A stretch of 45,480 bases of DNA from an uncultured Nitrososphaeraceae archaeon (lineage in GTDB: Archaea > Thermoproteota > Nitrososphaeria > Nitrososphaerales > Nitrososphaeraceae). Below are positions 34,490 to 45,480 of the stretch, piece after piece. Made by a program: the position numbers and the translations under genes. Within the stretch, counting starts at the first letter, position 1, and every line of letters starts with the position of its first letter. The stretch spans positions 1-45,480 of the forward strand of contig CAWGVG010000055.1 in assembly GCA_963825865.1 (NCBI GenBank), given 5' to 3'. The notes beneath the pieces are model-generated. The model was not told the origin of the DNA, did no database searches, and was given only the letters and a program-made list of their open reading frames with translations.

Positions 34490-35950
34490 GAATAACAGTA
34501 CACGACAGAATTTATAGAATTAGACAAGAAGCGATGGATGGTAAGATTCTTGGTCCTCGCAGCAGTTGCTGCCATCCTAATGCTTAAACTTTACTTATTA
34601 TTATTTGTGATGGACTTTGCTGTAGGACTTTACAGCTTTCTTACAACTTTTATCTTGTTCAGTATTTTGATACGTGCATGGATGGCATACAAAGATCCTT
34701 ATCTTAAAGCCAAAGACATTGACCTTTTAAATGTTAAATTGCCTCTTATTTCAATTGTAGTGCCCAGTAAAAAATGAGGAAGATAATATAAGAAATTGTG
34801 TTCTATCATGCATAAATCAATTATATAAAAATAAAGAAGTTATCATAATTGATGATTGCAGTACTGACAATACGCCTAAAATTCTAGCTGAAATACGAAC
34901 AGAAGTAGGAGCAGACAACTTAACTGTAATTTACTTATCAAAAAGTGTGGGCAAAAAACAAGCGATAGAAGCAGCAAGTCAGATCGCCAAAGGCGAAATT
35001 TACGCTTTTATAGATAGCGATTGTAATATGGATAGTGATGCAGTCGAAAAAGCAGCCAAGATTTTCCTGTCAGATAGGCTAGTTGGTGCCGTGACTGCTC
35101 AGGGAACAGTAAGGGGCGCACATACAGGTAATATATTATTAAAGATGCAACATGTATACATTGATGGAGCGTGTAGGGTAATAAAAGGATTCGAAAGCTC
35201 ATTTGATTCACTTACCTGCTGCTCAGGCTCTCTCAGTTTCTATAAAAGAGAAGCTATACAGGATTTCATCCATGATTGGGCACATGACCGTTTTCTTGGA
35301 GTTGATTTTAAGTTCTGTACTGACAGACGTATGACTGCACATGTACTTGGGACGAAGCCTAAGTTATATAATAATATCTTGGATAACAAGCAAGATTGTC
35401 GCTATAAAATGATTCCAATACTAAGGGTTGGAAAAGATGATGATATAGATACGATGAAATCGTCTTCAGATCCAAATATCGATGATGATAAAGCTACTGC
35501 ACCTAGCCTATACTGGAAAGTGTTGTATAGTTCAAGCATTAGAGTAACTATAGGAGTACCAGATAACCTTCCAGCGCTTCTAAAACAGCAGATTAGATGG
35601 AGAAAAAGCTTCTACAGGAGTCTTATTTCAACAGGAGAAATATTTTGGAGACGTCCATTTTATGCACTATGCTGTATTACATAATAACTGGTATGAAATT
35701 TATTCGTCCATTTATTCTACTACACGCAATAGTTCTTCTACCTCTTGCTGGGAATATTTTATCACCTGTGCTTTGGTTGGCAGGTATAACGTTTACTGGA
35801 ATGATTTATGGAGTAGATTATAGATTACGTAATCCAGGAGACAAATTGTGGCTGTATCGTCCAGTATGGATGCTCATGTCTACATTTGTATATACTTGGT
35901 TGCTCATTTGGGCTGAGTTACAATTAAAAAACAGTCATGGAGATAGATAT
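34490..35950 (+). CDS. Processive GT2 glycosyltransferase (hyaluronan/chitin synthase-like), frameshifted
   Basis: IVVP, IIDDCSTD, GKKQA, FIDSD, CCSGSL, TDR and QQIRW motifs, with N- and C-terminal TM helices. Confidence 0.92.
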
Positions 35951-37034
35951 GTGAGTTATGAAAACATGTATCTTCAGATACCCATTCTTCAGATATTTCA
36001 ACACACAGAAACAACATTAAAGGAACTATTACCAATTATTAGTAAATATGTACGCCAAAAACTATTATATTTTAGAGTATAGTCTGGTTGTTTTCTAACT
36101 CTGCCACACGTTTGAAGAATGATTCATTAATGAATGCGAACCTGTGACTCTGCTAAGATTTTAGCTTCTTTTCTGAATCCTTTTTGAGATGTCGAAGGTA
36201 ATATATGCTATGTCCAAATCAAGTTTCTCCTTTACATATTGCTGGATCTCAACTGCCGTCAAATGTCTAACAGTAGAATAGATAATACATTTCTATTATT
36301 ATTATTATTACAATTATTGGAGTGTAAGAAATTAAAAAACAACTTTTTTTTGAAGAAATGATATGTATTTCAAAAGTATATTATAATCTGCTAGCCTAGT
36401 CTTTGCTTCTTCTATCGATAAAGTCATATTCTTTTGCTTTATACTGTCATCTTTTAAATTCATACTAGTTCAATCATTTTGTTGATTCGTATGCAAGAAG
36501 CTGATGTATTGCATTCATTTTCACTCATCCTTTATCACATTCCTTCAGTTTGTTTTATTATTGTCGTATATTGTCTAGACGTTTACGGATTTGAAGTTAT
36601 TAAAAAATGGACACACCATGGATTTGATAATTTTTAATACTCATAATCTGTTTATACCGTTGTATCTGCCAAATGATGTCAAAAGGAGTATTTTTCTTAG
36701 TATTGGCTATCATTTTAGTATCAATCATTATTTGGATTTTTAAACAAGTAATCTTTTTCCATTAGTCTTGTATCTGTTTCTGGAAATATAGAACTCCTAG
36801 GTGCCTATTAAGTTCGAGACTGATCCTATTTTTAAAACACTTTAAGGTCTTGTCAAACCCGTTGGGCACTTTTATATACGTAGAGCACTCATTAAAAACA
36901 GAAAACTCTAAAGCTAGCAACTCTATCTAATAGGTTAGAATCCTTTTTTAGTAGCGATTTCATTGCGGAAACCTTCGAGCCCGCATAATATACGGGTTCA
37001 TATACTTCAGTCTTCCAGGATAGATGTTACAATA

Positions 37035-37595
37035 AGGATAACAAAAACATCTGACAGAAAATGCCTAACCACCTGGAATGATTATCTTGGACGCTTAAGG
37101 TATTTCTTCCGATGGCTTCACAACTGCAGAAAAAATAGTGGTAACAATACTAACAAGAATTTGTACAGCAATCTCTCAATCAGAATGGGAAACTCCTGCC
37201 TTTGTCAAAATTAAAGAGAAGAAAACCAAACGTCTTAGTCCGTATTCTGAAACAGAATTATGGGAAAGAGATGAAATATTGTGTATAGTCAAGTATGAGC
37301 CATACAAGCGCAACAAAGCGGCTTTAACCTTACTTTGGGATCTAGATGCAAGAAATCATGAGATAACTCTGCTTAAAATCAAAAATATACGTTTTAGAGA
37401 GAAATATGGAGAAGGAGAAATTCCACATGAAGCAAAAACAGGTTCTGGCCCTATATTGCTAACATGTTCATTCCCATATGTACAGCGATTGGCTAAATGA
37501 ACATCCATTCAAAAATGAGCCAAATGCCAGGTTAATATGCAATCTTCAAAATGGAGCGCCAGTAAAGTCTGATACCTTGTGGAAAGTAATGAGGA
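37035..37595 (+). pseudogene. Tyrosine recombinase (XerC/D-like) remnant, truncated
   Basis: TTWNDYLGRLRYFFRWL, LWERDEI, LLWDLDARNHEITLLKI (box I Arg), AKTG and DWLNEHP; HxxR and Tyr missing. Confidence 0.85.
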
Positions 37596-38035
37596 AAATA
37601 AGAAAAAAGACACCGTCCTAAACTCTATTTTATCTTGAAATTTTGTACGTGTCCTTTCAAACGCATAGCCATTTTTTATACCAAAATCTTTGAGTAACTT
37701 GTTATATTCAGTTTTAACAAAATCATAGGAAAACTGGTCTGAAATAAATGGAAAGCAAAGAAAAAGTATTTTATCTGTTTCATGCCCGTTCCGTCATCTC
37801 TTCAATGTCTGTTGCAAACCTTTGTGGCGTTCTTTGTGCGGCTCCAATGGAGAAGCAAGAGGGATCAGCACCCCATGCAGCGTCAGTTAATCAATGGTAA
37901 ATACCAAGCTGAACAGCGTAGAATGAAAATAGCTTCTTTACTACTCAAACTATGACTGAGAATGAGATAGCACAAGAATTAGATATGGCTAGGAGAAGAG
38001 ATAGAATTAATCAGTAGACACAGGCTAGAACCTAA

Positions 38036-38521
38036 ATGAATCAAGTACCGGTCATAATCTACCTTCAAACTATAAAGGTTGATACGCAAAGTATGTATCA
38101 TAACTTGGTCAATTTACGAAATGACTTGCATTTAGGTTCATATGTCGCCATGAGTCAAGTAGGTGAAGTTGTAAAGAAATTTGATGAATTTGAAAACTCT
38201 ATGAGAACACATCTTGGAAAAGTCGATCCAATATTGATCGTAAATATATTACTACGTCAAAAGAAAGAGAAAAACAAGAATCCAACATATACACTTGAGG
38301 TTTTCATAAAGTCAAAGCAGAATACTGAGGAAATCAGAAATAGGATAATTAATGAAACAGGCATGGTTCCTGCATTCTATGATGGAGGAACTCATCTAGT
38401 AGTGGCACACAAGATTGACTTTGATATGCTCAAGATGATAAACGATATTGAGTTTGTAGAAAGAATAAATGGGACTTATGCTGGCGGTGGCATGGCATCG
38501 ATAGGTCCAGTATATGAGTGA
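38036..38521 (+). CDS. Hypothetical protein
   Basis: Intact ORF; the real start is probably a downstream Met. Confidence 0.7.
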   Translation: MNQVPVIIYLQTIKVDTQSMYHNLVNLRNDLHLGSYVAMSQVGEVVKKFDEFENSMRTHLGKVDPILIVNILLRQKKEKNKNPTYTLEVFIKSKQNTEEIRNRIINETGMVPAFYDGGTHLVVAHKIDFDMLKMINDIEFVERINGTYAGGGMASIGPVYE

Positions 38522-38578
38522 ACCCAAGCGCAGCGAATCCCTATAGTAGGTTGTTGTTATTATTGCGCTGCGGTGGGT
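38522..38578 (+). terminator. GC-rich hairpin just after stop codon
   Basis: ACCCA..CGCAGCG ... CGCTGCG.TGGGT inverted repeat. Confidence 0.35.
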
Positions 38579-39201
38579 CCATCAAAAGATCCAGAGTGTT
38601 CTAGCCTAGTCGTACCTGTTCTCTTCCATCGTCTTCTTTCATGCATGAAGACTTGCGCACCCACATCTGACAGAGCTATAAAATATTTTTTGAATTAGAC
38701 GGCAAGGCGATTAAGGAGATCAATAATAACAACAAGAAGAAGTATGGGCTAAACCGCTTTCATGACATGACATAATATTATATGATTTCATATAACGTTT
38801 TTCGTACGTATTATGTTGTATATTGTAAGTGCTTTTAATTTTTAATATATAACAACACAATACTTTCCCCAAAATCTCTTAATCTTTGTTATTATTGATC
38901 ATCATGAAATAAATTGCTTCTTTCTGAATTCAATTATGCTGTCAAAGCCAAAATTTTTCTCCTGATCTATTATTATCCTATGTTGTGAAGATATTACACA
39001 GACACATATGAGTTGCAGTATTCTGTTAGAAGGAGAAGAAGGAGAACAAGAATTACAACTAGAACAAGGAATACCTGTATGTGGAGCGAACCTATTATCG
39101 CCTGTTGTCGACCAAGCATTCTACATTGAAGAAATCCATTATAGAATAGGAAACAGACTATATATCGAAAATGCAGATTAACAAATAACATCAAAAAAAG
39201 T

Positions 39202-39462
39202 TTGAATAACAAAAATCAGGCTCCAAACATTGAAGAGGAAAGAGATCTGGAACTTGAAAATATTGTTGGCAATCTCATGATTGCGCAATACCAAGTTGAC
39301 AAACTAAGATCTAGGTTGAGTGAAAGGATAAGTGGATACGGTTCTATCAGTAACAAAAAGGGCTCTGTGAATGTATTCAAGCACAATGGGAAGTGGTATA
39401 AGGTTTCAGCCAAAGTAGAAGTATCTTTGAATAGTAATAGTGATAGTATAATAAAGCCTTAA
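39202..39462 (+). CDS. Small hypothetical protein
   Basis: 86-aa ORF with natural-looking composition. Confidence 0.45.
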   Translation: MNNKNQAPNIEEERDLELENIVGNLMIAQYQVDKLRSRLSERISGYGSISNKKGSVNVFKHNGKWYKVSAKVEVSLNSNSDSIIKP

Positions 39463-39712
39463 TATATTGGCTAAAAAGGCTGAGTGGCTTGTTTCTGATG
39501 CGGTTGACGATTTATAATATAGAAGACAGCGGCGAATGAAGTATAATATTGTTGTAGTAGCATTTGTATCATAAGTTTTTAATGCTGTTTACATAATATG
39601 GTTCCCACGAAATAGAAAAGGACAATCTAAGGTTGGCTAACTGCCATTATTATCATTAGTTGACCAATTAGATAGTAGTAATACTTTTCACAGACTAACT
39701 ATACCTATTGTG

Positions 39713-40021
39713 TTATTCTCTTATACCTTCAAGATTTGATACAACCTGCCATAGCATCGTTCTAATATGTGATTTCATCATCTTATCTTGTGTCATTCCA
39801 TCTAATATACTAAGGGCATTTGCTCCTCTTACAGATAAGCTAAATTTTTGCTCTTTATCTTTCAACAAAACAAGTAATTCATTCATCCTATTTTTTGTAT
39901 TTCTATTAACTTCACCATAATAATTCCTTTTTATGTTTTCAAGCATTACCATTGCGGCATCTAAATTTTCTTGGTTAGTTTGTTGAGAGTTGCTATTCAT
40001 TATAGCAAATTTTATAATCAC
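39713..40021 (-). CDS. Small helical hypothetical protein
   Basis: 102-aa ORF ending RTMLWQVVSNLEGIRE. Confidence 0.6.
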   Translation of the reverse strand: MIIKFAIMNSNSQQTNQENLDAAMVMLENIKRNYYGEVNRNTKNRMNELLVLLKDKEQKFSLSVRGANALSILDGMTQDKMMKSHIRTMLWQVVSNLEGIRE

Positions 40022-40036
40022 GGATGAAGCTTTGCT

Positions 40037-40324
40037 TTATATCATCAGTAAATCCTCAAGCCCTTGACTATCATTTGATTTATTTTTCTCAGTATTACTA
40101 CTGCTTTTCTTAGTTCCAAGTGAATCTAGCTCACTTATCCACCAACCAACCTTTTCAGACCTCTCGTTATCGTTGGCATTTACAGCGGTGATGATGTTTG
40201 CATTTGCCTTAATCAAAGTGTTTACTATTTCTCTACGTTTGGAATCTAATAATAATAATCTGTCAGCGTTCTCTTTAATATTGTTGTTTGTTGTGGGCTT
40301 TCCGACCATTAAAACGATAGACAA
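40037..40324 (-). CDS. Small hypothetical protein
   Basis: 95-aa ORF co-oriented with its neighbour. Confidence 0.5.
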   Translation of the reverse strand: MSIVLMVGKPTTNNNIKENADRLLLLDSKRREIVNTLIKANANIITAVNANDNERSEKVGWWISELDSLGTKKSSSNTEKNKSNDSQGLEDLLMI

Positions 40325-40523
40325 TTTTTACTTCATCAGCAGACTGAATGTTAGCAGCATACTTAAAGCTATGTAATTAGTGATTGCTCATCTTGCCATT
40401 AATAGTTATTAGTTTCTATAATTAATTGGACTTTGAATGGTTTTTCTTGTAAAGATAAAAACAAACAGATACATAGTTATAATAATGTAAATGAGCAGGT
40501 AATGGACCTTCTAAATATTGCTC

Positions 40524-40853
40524 TTAGCCATATGAAATTAATGTGACAGGTATATTGTAAAGGAAAGTAAGGAATCTCACGACCGTGAATTCGCGCTGCC
40601 AACGAGAGGTAGCCCGCTTATTGTATACATGTAAGAAGTGTCTTCCTTTGTCTGTTGATATAAAACAAGAAGAAGTTTGTTTTTCATTTTCCTCAATCTC
40701 TCTCAGGTTCCTTTCGAGCATAAATAGCAGGTATTCTTGTAGCATAGTATATGATGTAAATGATCTATAGATAATTTTCGGGCTAGTGGCTCCAGGATTA
40801 GCAGTAGTTTCTAAAATAGATGCAATTATTTCTAGTCTGCTTCTATTTTTCAT
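40524..40853 (-). CDS. Archaeal winged-helix transcription regulator
   Basis: MKNRSRLEIIASILE...KIIY....SY..LQEYL...TDKGRHFL. Confidence 0.85.
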   Translation of the reverse strand: MKNRSRLEIIASILETTANPGATSPKIIYRSFTSYTMLQEYLLFMLERNLREIEENEKQTSSCFISTDKGRHFLHVYNKRATSRWQREFTVVRFLTFLYNIPVTLISYG

Positions 40854-41290
40854 ATTTGTTTTTCTTCTTCATAGATGATAGAATATGCCTCCTGTTGTTT
40901 TTTCCAAATATAACTTCTGTGAATTATAACAAATAAGTTCTAACAGGTAACTGGATCAATATTGACCTTCTAAATCAACAAATACAACCTACAGGCATAT
41001 TCAAAGACATTCCAGTTTATTCAAAACAGTGCACTTGACGTTTAGTCAATTGCAAGATAATATATTTTTGTTAAACGATTAAGGTGAGAAGTAGAAGCAA
41101 CAACAAGAAATACCCACTTGTTAAATAGTTGTTGAAATAACCAAACATAATGCCATTTAGAAAAAGTTACGAGTTTACATACATAACAATAATACTGGCA
41201 AAAGCGTAACTTACCACCAGTAATATTAACCACTTTTTTTATGTTTATATCCTGGTTGTTGCCTAATTTGATATCGTTGTATCAGATCTC

Positions 41291-42214
41291 CTAATTTGAT
41301 AATTTTAGCTTGCTTTTTAAATCCTTCAATCTGTTCCTGAGAGTCACTTCTGTTACTCCTGCTGCTTGTGCAATATCATTTTGAGTTATATTTTCGCCTA
41401 TATTTATAGATGATAAGTAAAGAATAGTAGCTGCAAATCCCATTGGATTTTTTCCAGCAGATAATAATATTTCATCTTTTCTAACTTCATTCATTATACT
41501 TATTGCCTGACGTTTCGTTTTTTCGCTTAGATTAGCTTTGTTTGCAACTTTGGCAATACACTTCATTTGATCGACTAATGGAACTTTAAGGTCAAGTTCG
41601 ATAAGCAGTAATCTATATGCTTTTGCTAAATGTTTGCGTTTGATGTTACTAGCTGCCGCAATATCTCTTAATGTTCTTGGAATTTCCATTTCTCTACATG
41701 CAATATATGCAGAAGCAGCCAATAATGCATTTATTGATCTTCCTCTTACTAATCCTCTTCTTTGAGCTTTTCTATATATGTATGCTGTTTTCTCAACTAC
41801 TGCATCTGGCAATGCAAGTTTATCGCTCAATACATCAAGTTCATTGAAAGCTTGCATAAGATTTATAGCAGTAGCAGTACGACTCTGTGTTCTAAAATCC
41901 CATGCTCTTAAGCTTTTTATTGTAGAGTATGTGGATGCATCTAGTTTGTGTCCTGCTCCATCTTTGTCAGTCCTTCCAATTATAGTATATAATCCCCTAT
42001 CATATCTTGCTAGAGAAGTAGGAGCTCCTGTTCTGCATCTATCATTTACTTCTTCTGCACTAAAAGCACGCCATTCTGGTCTGCTCATATCCTGCACTTT
42101 GTCTGAAATTACTATGCCACAATTACTACAAATGATTTCTCCAGATTCAGGATCTATAATGACTGTCTTACCTTTCGCTTTTCCACATATTGAACATACA
42201 ATCAAAGTTTGCAT
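41291..42214 (-). CDS. tfb: Transcription initiation factor IIB
   Basis: Zn ribbon (CSIC...GEIICSNCG), PEWRAF, GLVRGRS, two cyclin repeats, GVTEVTLRNR; intact. Confidence 0.97.
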   Translation of the reverse strand: MQTLIVCSICGKAKGKTVIIDPESGEIICSNCGIVISDKVQDMSRPEWRAFSAEEVNDRCRTGAPTSLARYDRGLYTIIGRTDKDGAGHKLDASTYSTIKSLRAWDFRTQSRTATAINLMQAFNELDVLSDKLALPDAVVEKTAYIYRKAQRRGLVRGRSINALLAASAYIACREMEIPRTLRDIAAASNIKRKHLAKAYRLLLIELDLKVPLVDQMKCIAKVANKANLSEKTKRQAISIMNEVRKDEILLSAGKNPMGFAATILYLSSINIGENITQNDIAQAAGVTEVTLRNRLKDLKSKLKLSN

Positions 42215-43120
42215 TATCGTAAAGGAGAACGTGTTATGTTATACTATTAATAATATGTCAATTCAAGTAATTCAAGTATATAGAGTACTCGCCGTTATAA
42301 AACTCAGATATATGCAGTTCATTAGCTTCAGCTTTTTCTTTATTTGTAACTGATGAAGACATAAACGCAATGTACTACTACAGAAGGCGTATGGCAGGGT
42401 TAGAGGCAGCAGCGTTACAAAGAGGTGCTTTTTATACAATTCCATATATACATCTGAGATAAATAAGAACTAGGCCGATAAGGAAAAGATACCTGTCCCA
42501 TTATCTAATGTTTTTACAGAGTTGGCTGAGTCACAACTTTAACTGTGTACTTAAAGTTGTGGCATTTTCAACTTGTACTTTCAACTGTCCAGTAAAATAA
42601 AACTCTCCGTCTTTGAATAAAGAAATCCATGTTTGGTCAGGGGACACAATAGTTAGCTTCTTAAAAATCATCGAGGCATTATTATTGTCGGTATTTGTGA
42701 ATGGCAGGCAAGGCAGGCAGCTGCGCAAAGATAATGGATTCAAAGATGTATTAGTAGAGAAAGTTAGGAAGGAATATGAAGGGAGATCTTTTTGGAATGT
42801 CAAGTGAAGAAGTTAGTATGAAGTCTCTTTATATGTGGCATGGATGTGTAAACATAGACAAACAATGTAGGCTAAAAGATGTTCATGGCATTGAACCACA
42901 AGATAGGCTTGCTGTTCATGACTTCTTGGTAGGCCAGTCAAGCTCAAACCCGTGGATAAGAAAAGGATTTAGCTCAGCACGTCTTTTCAGACAAACACCA
43001 GATCAAACACAATTAAAGGATTATAATTGGATTCCATCAGACTCTCAATATCGGAAATAAAAACCTGCTTCATTATCATTACCATACTTACCAATTAGAA
43101 TAGAGACAAAAAAAGTTATT

Positions 43121-43630
43121 CTACAATTTCTTTCTCTTTCCTATAGCATCAACTATTTGCGTTACTCCTCTACCAATTAATTTGCTAAATGGAGCTAGTG
43201 GCATAAATGTAGCTGCAGTCTCTGCTGCTTCTGGCAAAACATTTAGTATTTTTTGTACTACAGAAACAGTTTTTGATTCTATGTTTACCTGGTTAGGATA
43301 ATCCATTTGTTCTTCTCTTCCTGGCTTGACATCTTGGACTTCTTTTGCAAGTTCCTCTAGACTGGTGTTTATAGATTTTACCTGTTCTTCGGGTATCTGT
43401 CTTCCTTTAAGCTGTTGGTTAATGTTCTCAGAAAAATCTTTCAAAGCTCTCGCATATTCTGAATCTTGAATCTTTGCTAATTCCTGTTGGCTTACATTTA
43501 TTGTCCCTGAACCAACTACAATATTTTTTCCAATGATGTTACCAGAGCCTGAAAAACCAGTGCCAATGACATCACCTTGTGTTTCACTAATGTTTATGCC
43601 TCTTCTTTTCTCCTCAGGTTCCAATTTCAT
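43121..43630 (-). CDS. Hypothetical protein: Gly-rich short repeats plus helical C-terminus
   Basis: Intact 169-aa ORF (GDVIGTGFSGSGNIIG...); may be the 3' part of a longer broken gene. Confidence 0.7.
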   Translation of the reverse strand: MKLEPEEKRRGINISETQGDVIGTGFSGSGNIIGKNIVVGSGTINVSQQELAKIQDSEYARALKDFSENINQQLKGRQIPEEQVKSINTSLEELAKEVQDVKPGREEQMDYPNQVNIESKTVSVVQKILNVLPEAAETAATFMPLAPFSKLIGRGVTQIVDAIGKRKKL

Positions 43631-43960
43631 CTCAGGTGGCGTACCATAGATAAGTAATCCATGTTCGTAATCGTATTATCTCGCACTCCCAAAGATAAGA
43701 ATTCGCATATATTCTTATATCCCATTCCATGTCCAGTAGCAATCCAAGATGGCTTTTGGTCCTCTGTAACCACCAGATAATTGCCTGTCCACGTCTATTA
43801 TGATCGTAATATCTCGCGCTACGCTTATTGTGATTCATTGGAATCCAAAATAACCCTCATAACAGCTAGTTTTCAAAATTCATTAAAACATTCTCTGTAT
43901 ACCATATCTAAATTCTTAAGTAATATGAATACAAGCTTCTTAAATGGCTGAAGGGAGAGA

Positions 43961-44880
43961 ATGCTAATGAGAACTGCAAATGCTTGGCCCGAGCTACCGT
44001 TAGCAGAGTGGAAAGACACATATGATACTTTGCATATGTGGACCCAGATAGTGGGCAAGATTAGGCTCGCACTCACTCCGTTAGTGAATCACTGGTGGAA
44101 CGTTCCTCTCTATGTTACTTCTCGTGGACTCACGACTTCTGTTATGCCCTATAATGATCGCTCATTACAGATAAATTTTGATTTCATAGCTCATCGCCTA
44201 ATCATAGAATCGTCTGACGGTTCTACCAAGTCAGTCGCTCTACGACCACGCTCGGTAGCTGAGTTTTACCAGGAAATGCCGCATTAGAATCGCTTGAAAT
44301 GCCTGTATCCATCTGGACTACGCCTGTAGAAGTACCTGATCGAACGCCGTTTGAGAAAGATCAGAAACATGCTTACTATGATTCCGAATATGCACAAAGA
44401 TTCTGGCATATTCTCCTGCAGTCCAGCCAAGTTCTTATGAAGTTTCGTTCCCGGTTCATTGGAAAGGTGAGCCCTATACATTTTTTCTGGGGTGCCTTTG
44501 ATCTGGCCCTTAGCCGCTTTTCAGGACGTAGGGCACCTACTCATCCAGGTGCGCCGAACTGTGGTGTTTTTGTTATGGTCGAAGCTTATTCACACGAAGT
44601 TAGTAGTTGCGGTTTCTGGCCAGGCGGTGGTCTGGTTGACAATCCAGCTTTCTATTCATATTCCTATCCTGAACCTCAGGGTTTCAAAGATTATGCCATC
44701 CAGCCGCGTGAAGCGTATTACCACAAAGGAATAAGTGAGTTCTTGTTACCTTACGACGTTGTACGTTCATCAAGTTCACCTGGTGAGGTCTTGCTTAGTT
44801 TCCTTCAGAGTACATATGAAGCAGGCTGCAACACGTGCCAAATGGGATCGACATTCATTGGAGCGTCAGTAAAGTGGAAT
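43961..44880 (+). CDS. DUF5996 family protein, frameshifted
   Basis: WKDTYDTLHMWTQIVGKIRL, NHWW, SPIHFFWGAFDLA and EAYSHEVSSCGFWPG. Confidence 0.88.
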
Positions 44881-45324
44881 ATCGATATCAACCATTCTTG
44901 CAATTGTTCTATCTTTAAATGGCCTATTATTTTATATTCAAAACATACCAAAAAAGATCTCAGGTAGATATTGGTTCATGCACTATCATACCATCCATAC
45001 TTTAGTACTATATCTTTACTCATCTGACTCACTCGATCCCCTCGAACGTAACTCAGTTTTATGTCCCGATACATCTGTTAGAATTTTAACTATTACTCCA
45101 AGGCTACCAAAAATTATAGAACAATGTTTATCATCTTTATCAATTCTCGATCTAACAAAAAAATTATCATGATTAGTACCTCCCAAGTCAAGATCGTGCT
45201 CAAAATTAGAATGCAGCAATGACGGAAATTCTAGCAAATAAAGTGTTGCTATTCCAGATTTTTCTATCAATATCTGAATGTCACTAAATGCTGTGTACTT
45301 CTATATTGTACATAGAACATAATT

Positions 45325-45480
45325 ACCTCTAAATGTAGCAGATAGCCTTCCACATAGATCAGAGGGTGAATCTGTCTTGATAGATCACCTGCCTGAAAAT
45401 ACTAAACGAGTATTGGATTTAGGTATAGGAGATGGAAGGTTAATCAAGCTGATAAAGGCGGATCATCCAGATATAGAAGA
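45325..45480 (+). CDS. Class I SAM-dependent methyltransferase, partial at window edge
   Basis: [14 protein letters not shown]...[14 protein letters not shown] (motif I). Confidence 0.75.

Noticed and set aside
41778-42353. 191-aa + strand ORF
   Set aside because: Antisense shadow of tfb; the same applies to other ORFs antisense to recognised genes (e.g. 16267, 18935, 30507).

Overview
AT-rich accessory region, most likely from a soil ammonia-oxidising archaeon (Nitrososphaerales). The assignment rests on an intact TFB, archaemetzincin, an LLM/F420 oxidoreductase fragment, Cache-domain histidine kinases and several lineage-typical small proteins recognised from memory. Most long genes are split by 1-bp indels, so either the sequence is error-prone or the region is decaying. 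Cargo includes an enoyl-CoA hydratase, macro domain, BNR propeller, USP, MBL hydrolase, isochorismatase-family protein, Zn-ADH, P450, TenA, SWIM protein, alpha/beta hydrolase, processive GT2 and DUF5996. Mobile-element debris is scattered throughout: TnpB, IS1595, three tyrosine recombinase fragments and terminase-like remnants. The most interesting unexplained structure is a family of two-armed GTGAC-core sites (5 junctions in the first 7.2 kb) that cut the DNA into co-oriented gene modules like a non-canonical cassette array. Also notable are an 11-bp-phased repeat array beside an integrase remnant, an iteron-like 9-mer cluster, a structured RNA-like region with a lone CRISPR-repeat-like unit upstream of tnpB, and a near-identical 195-bp duplication bracketing 7.4 kb. 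No rRNA, tRNA or CRISPR array was seen.
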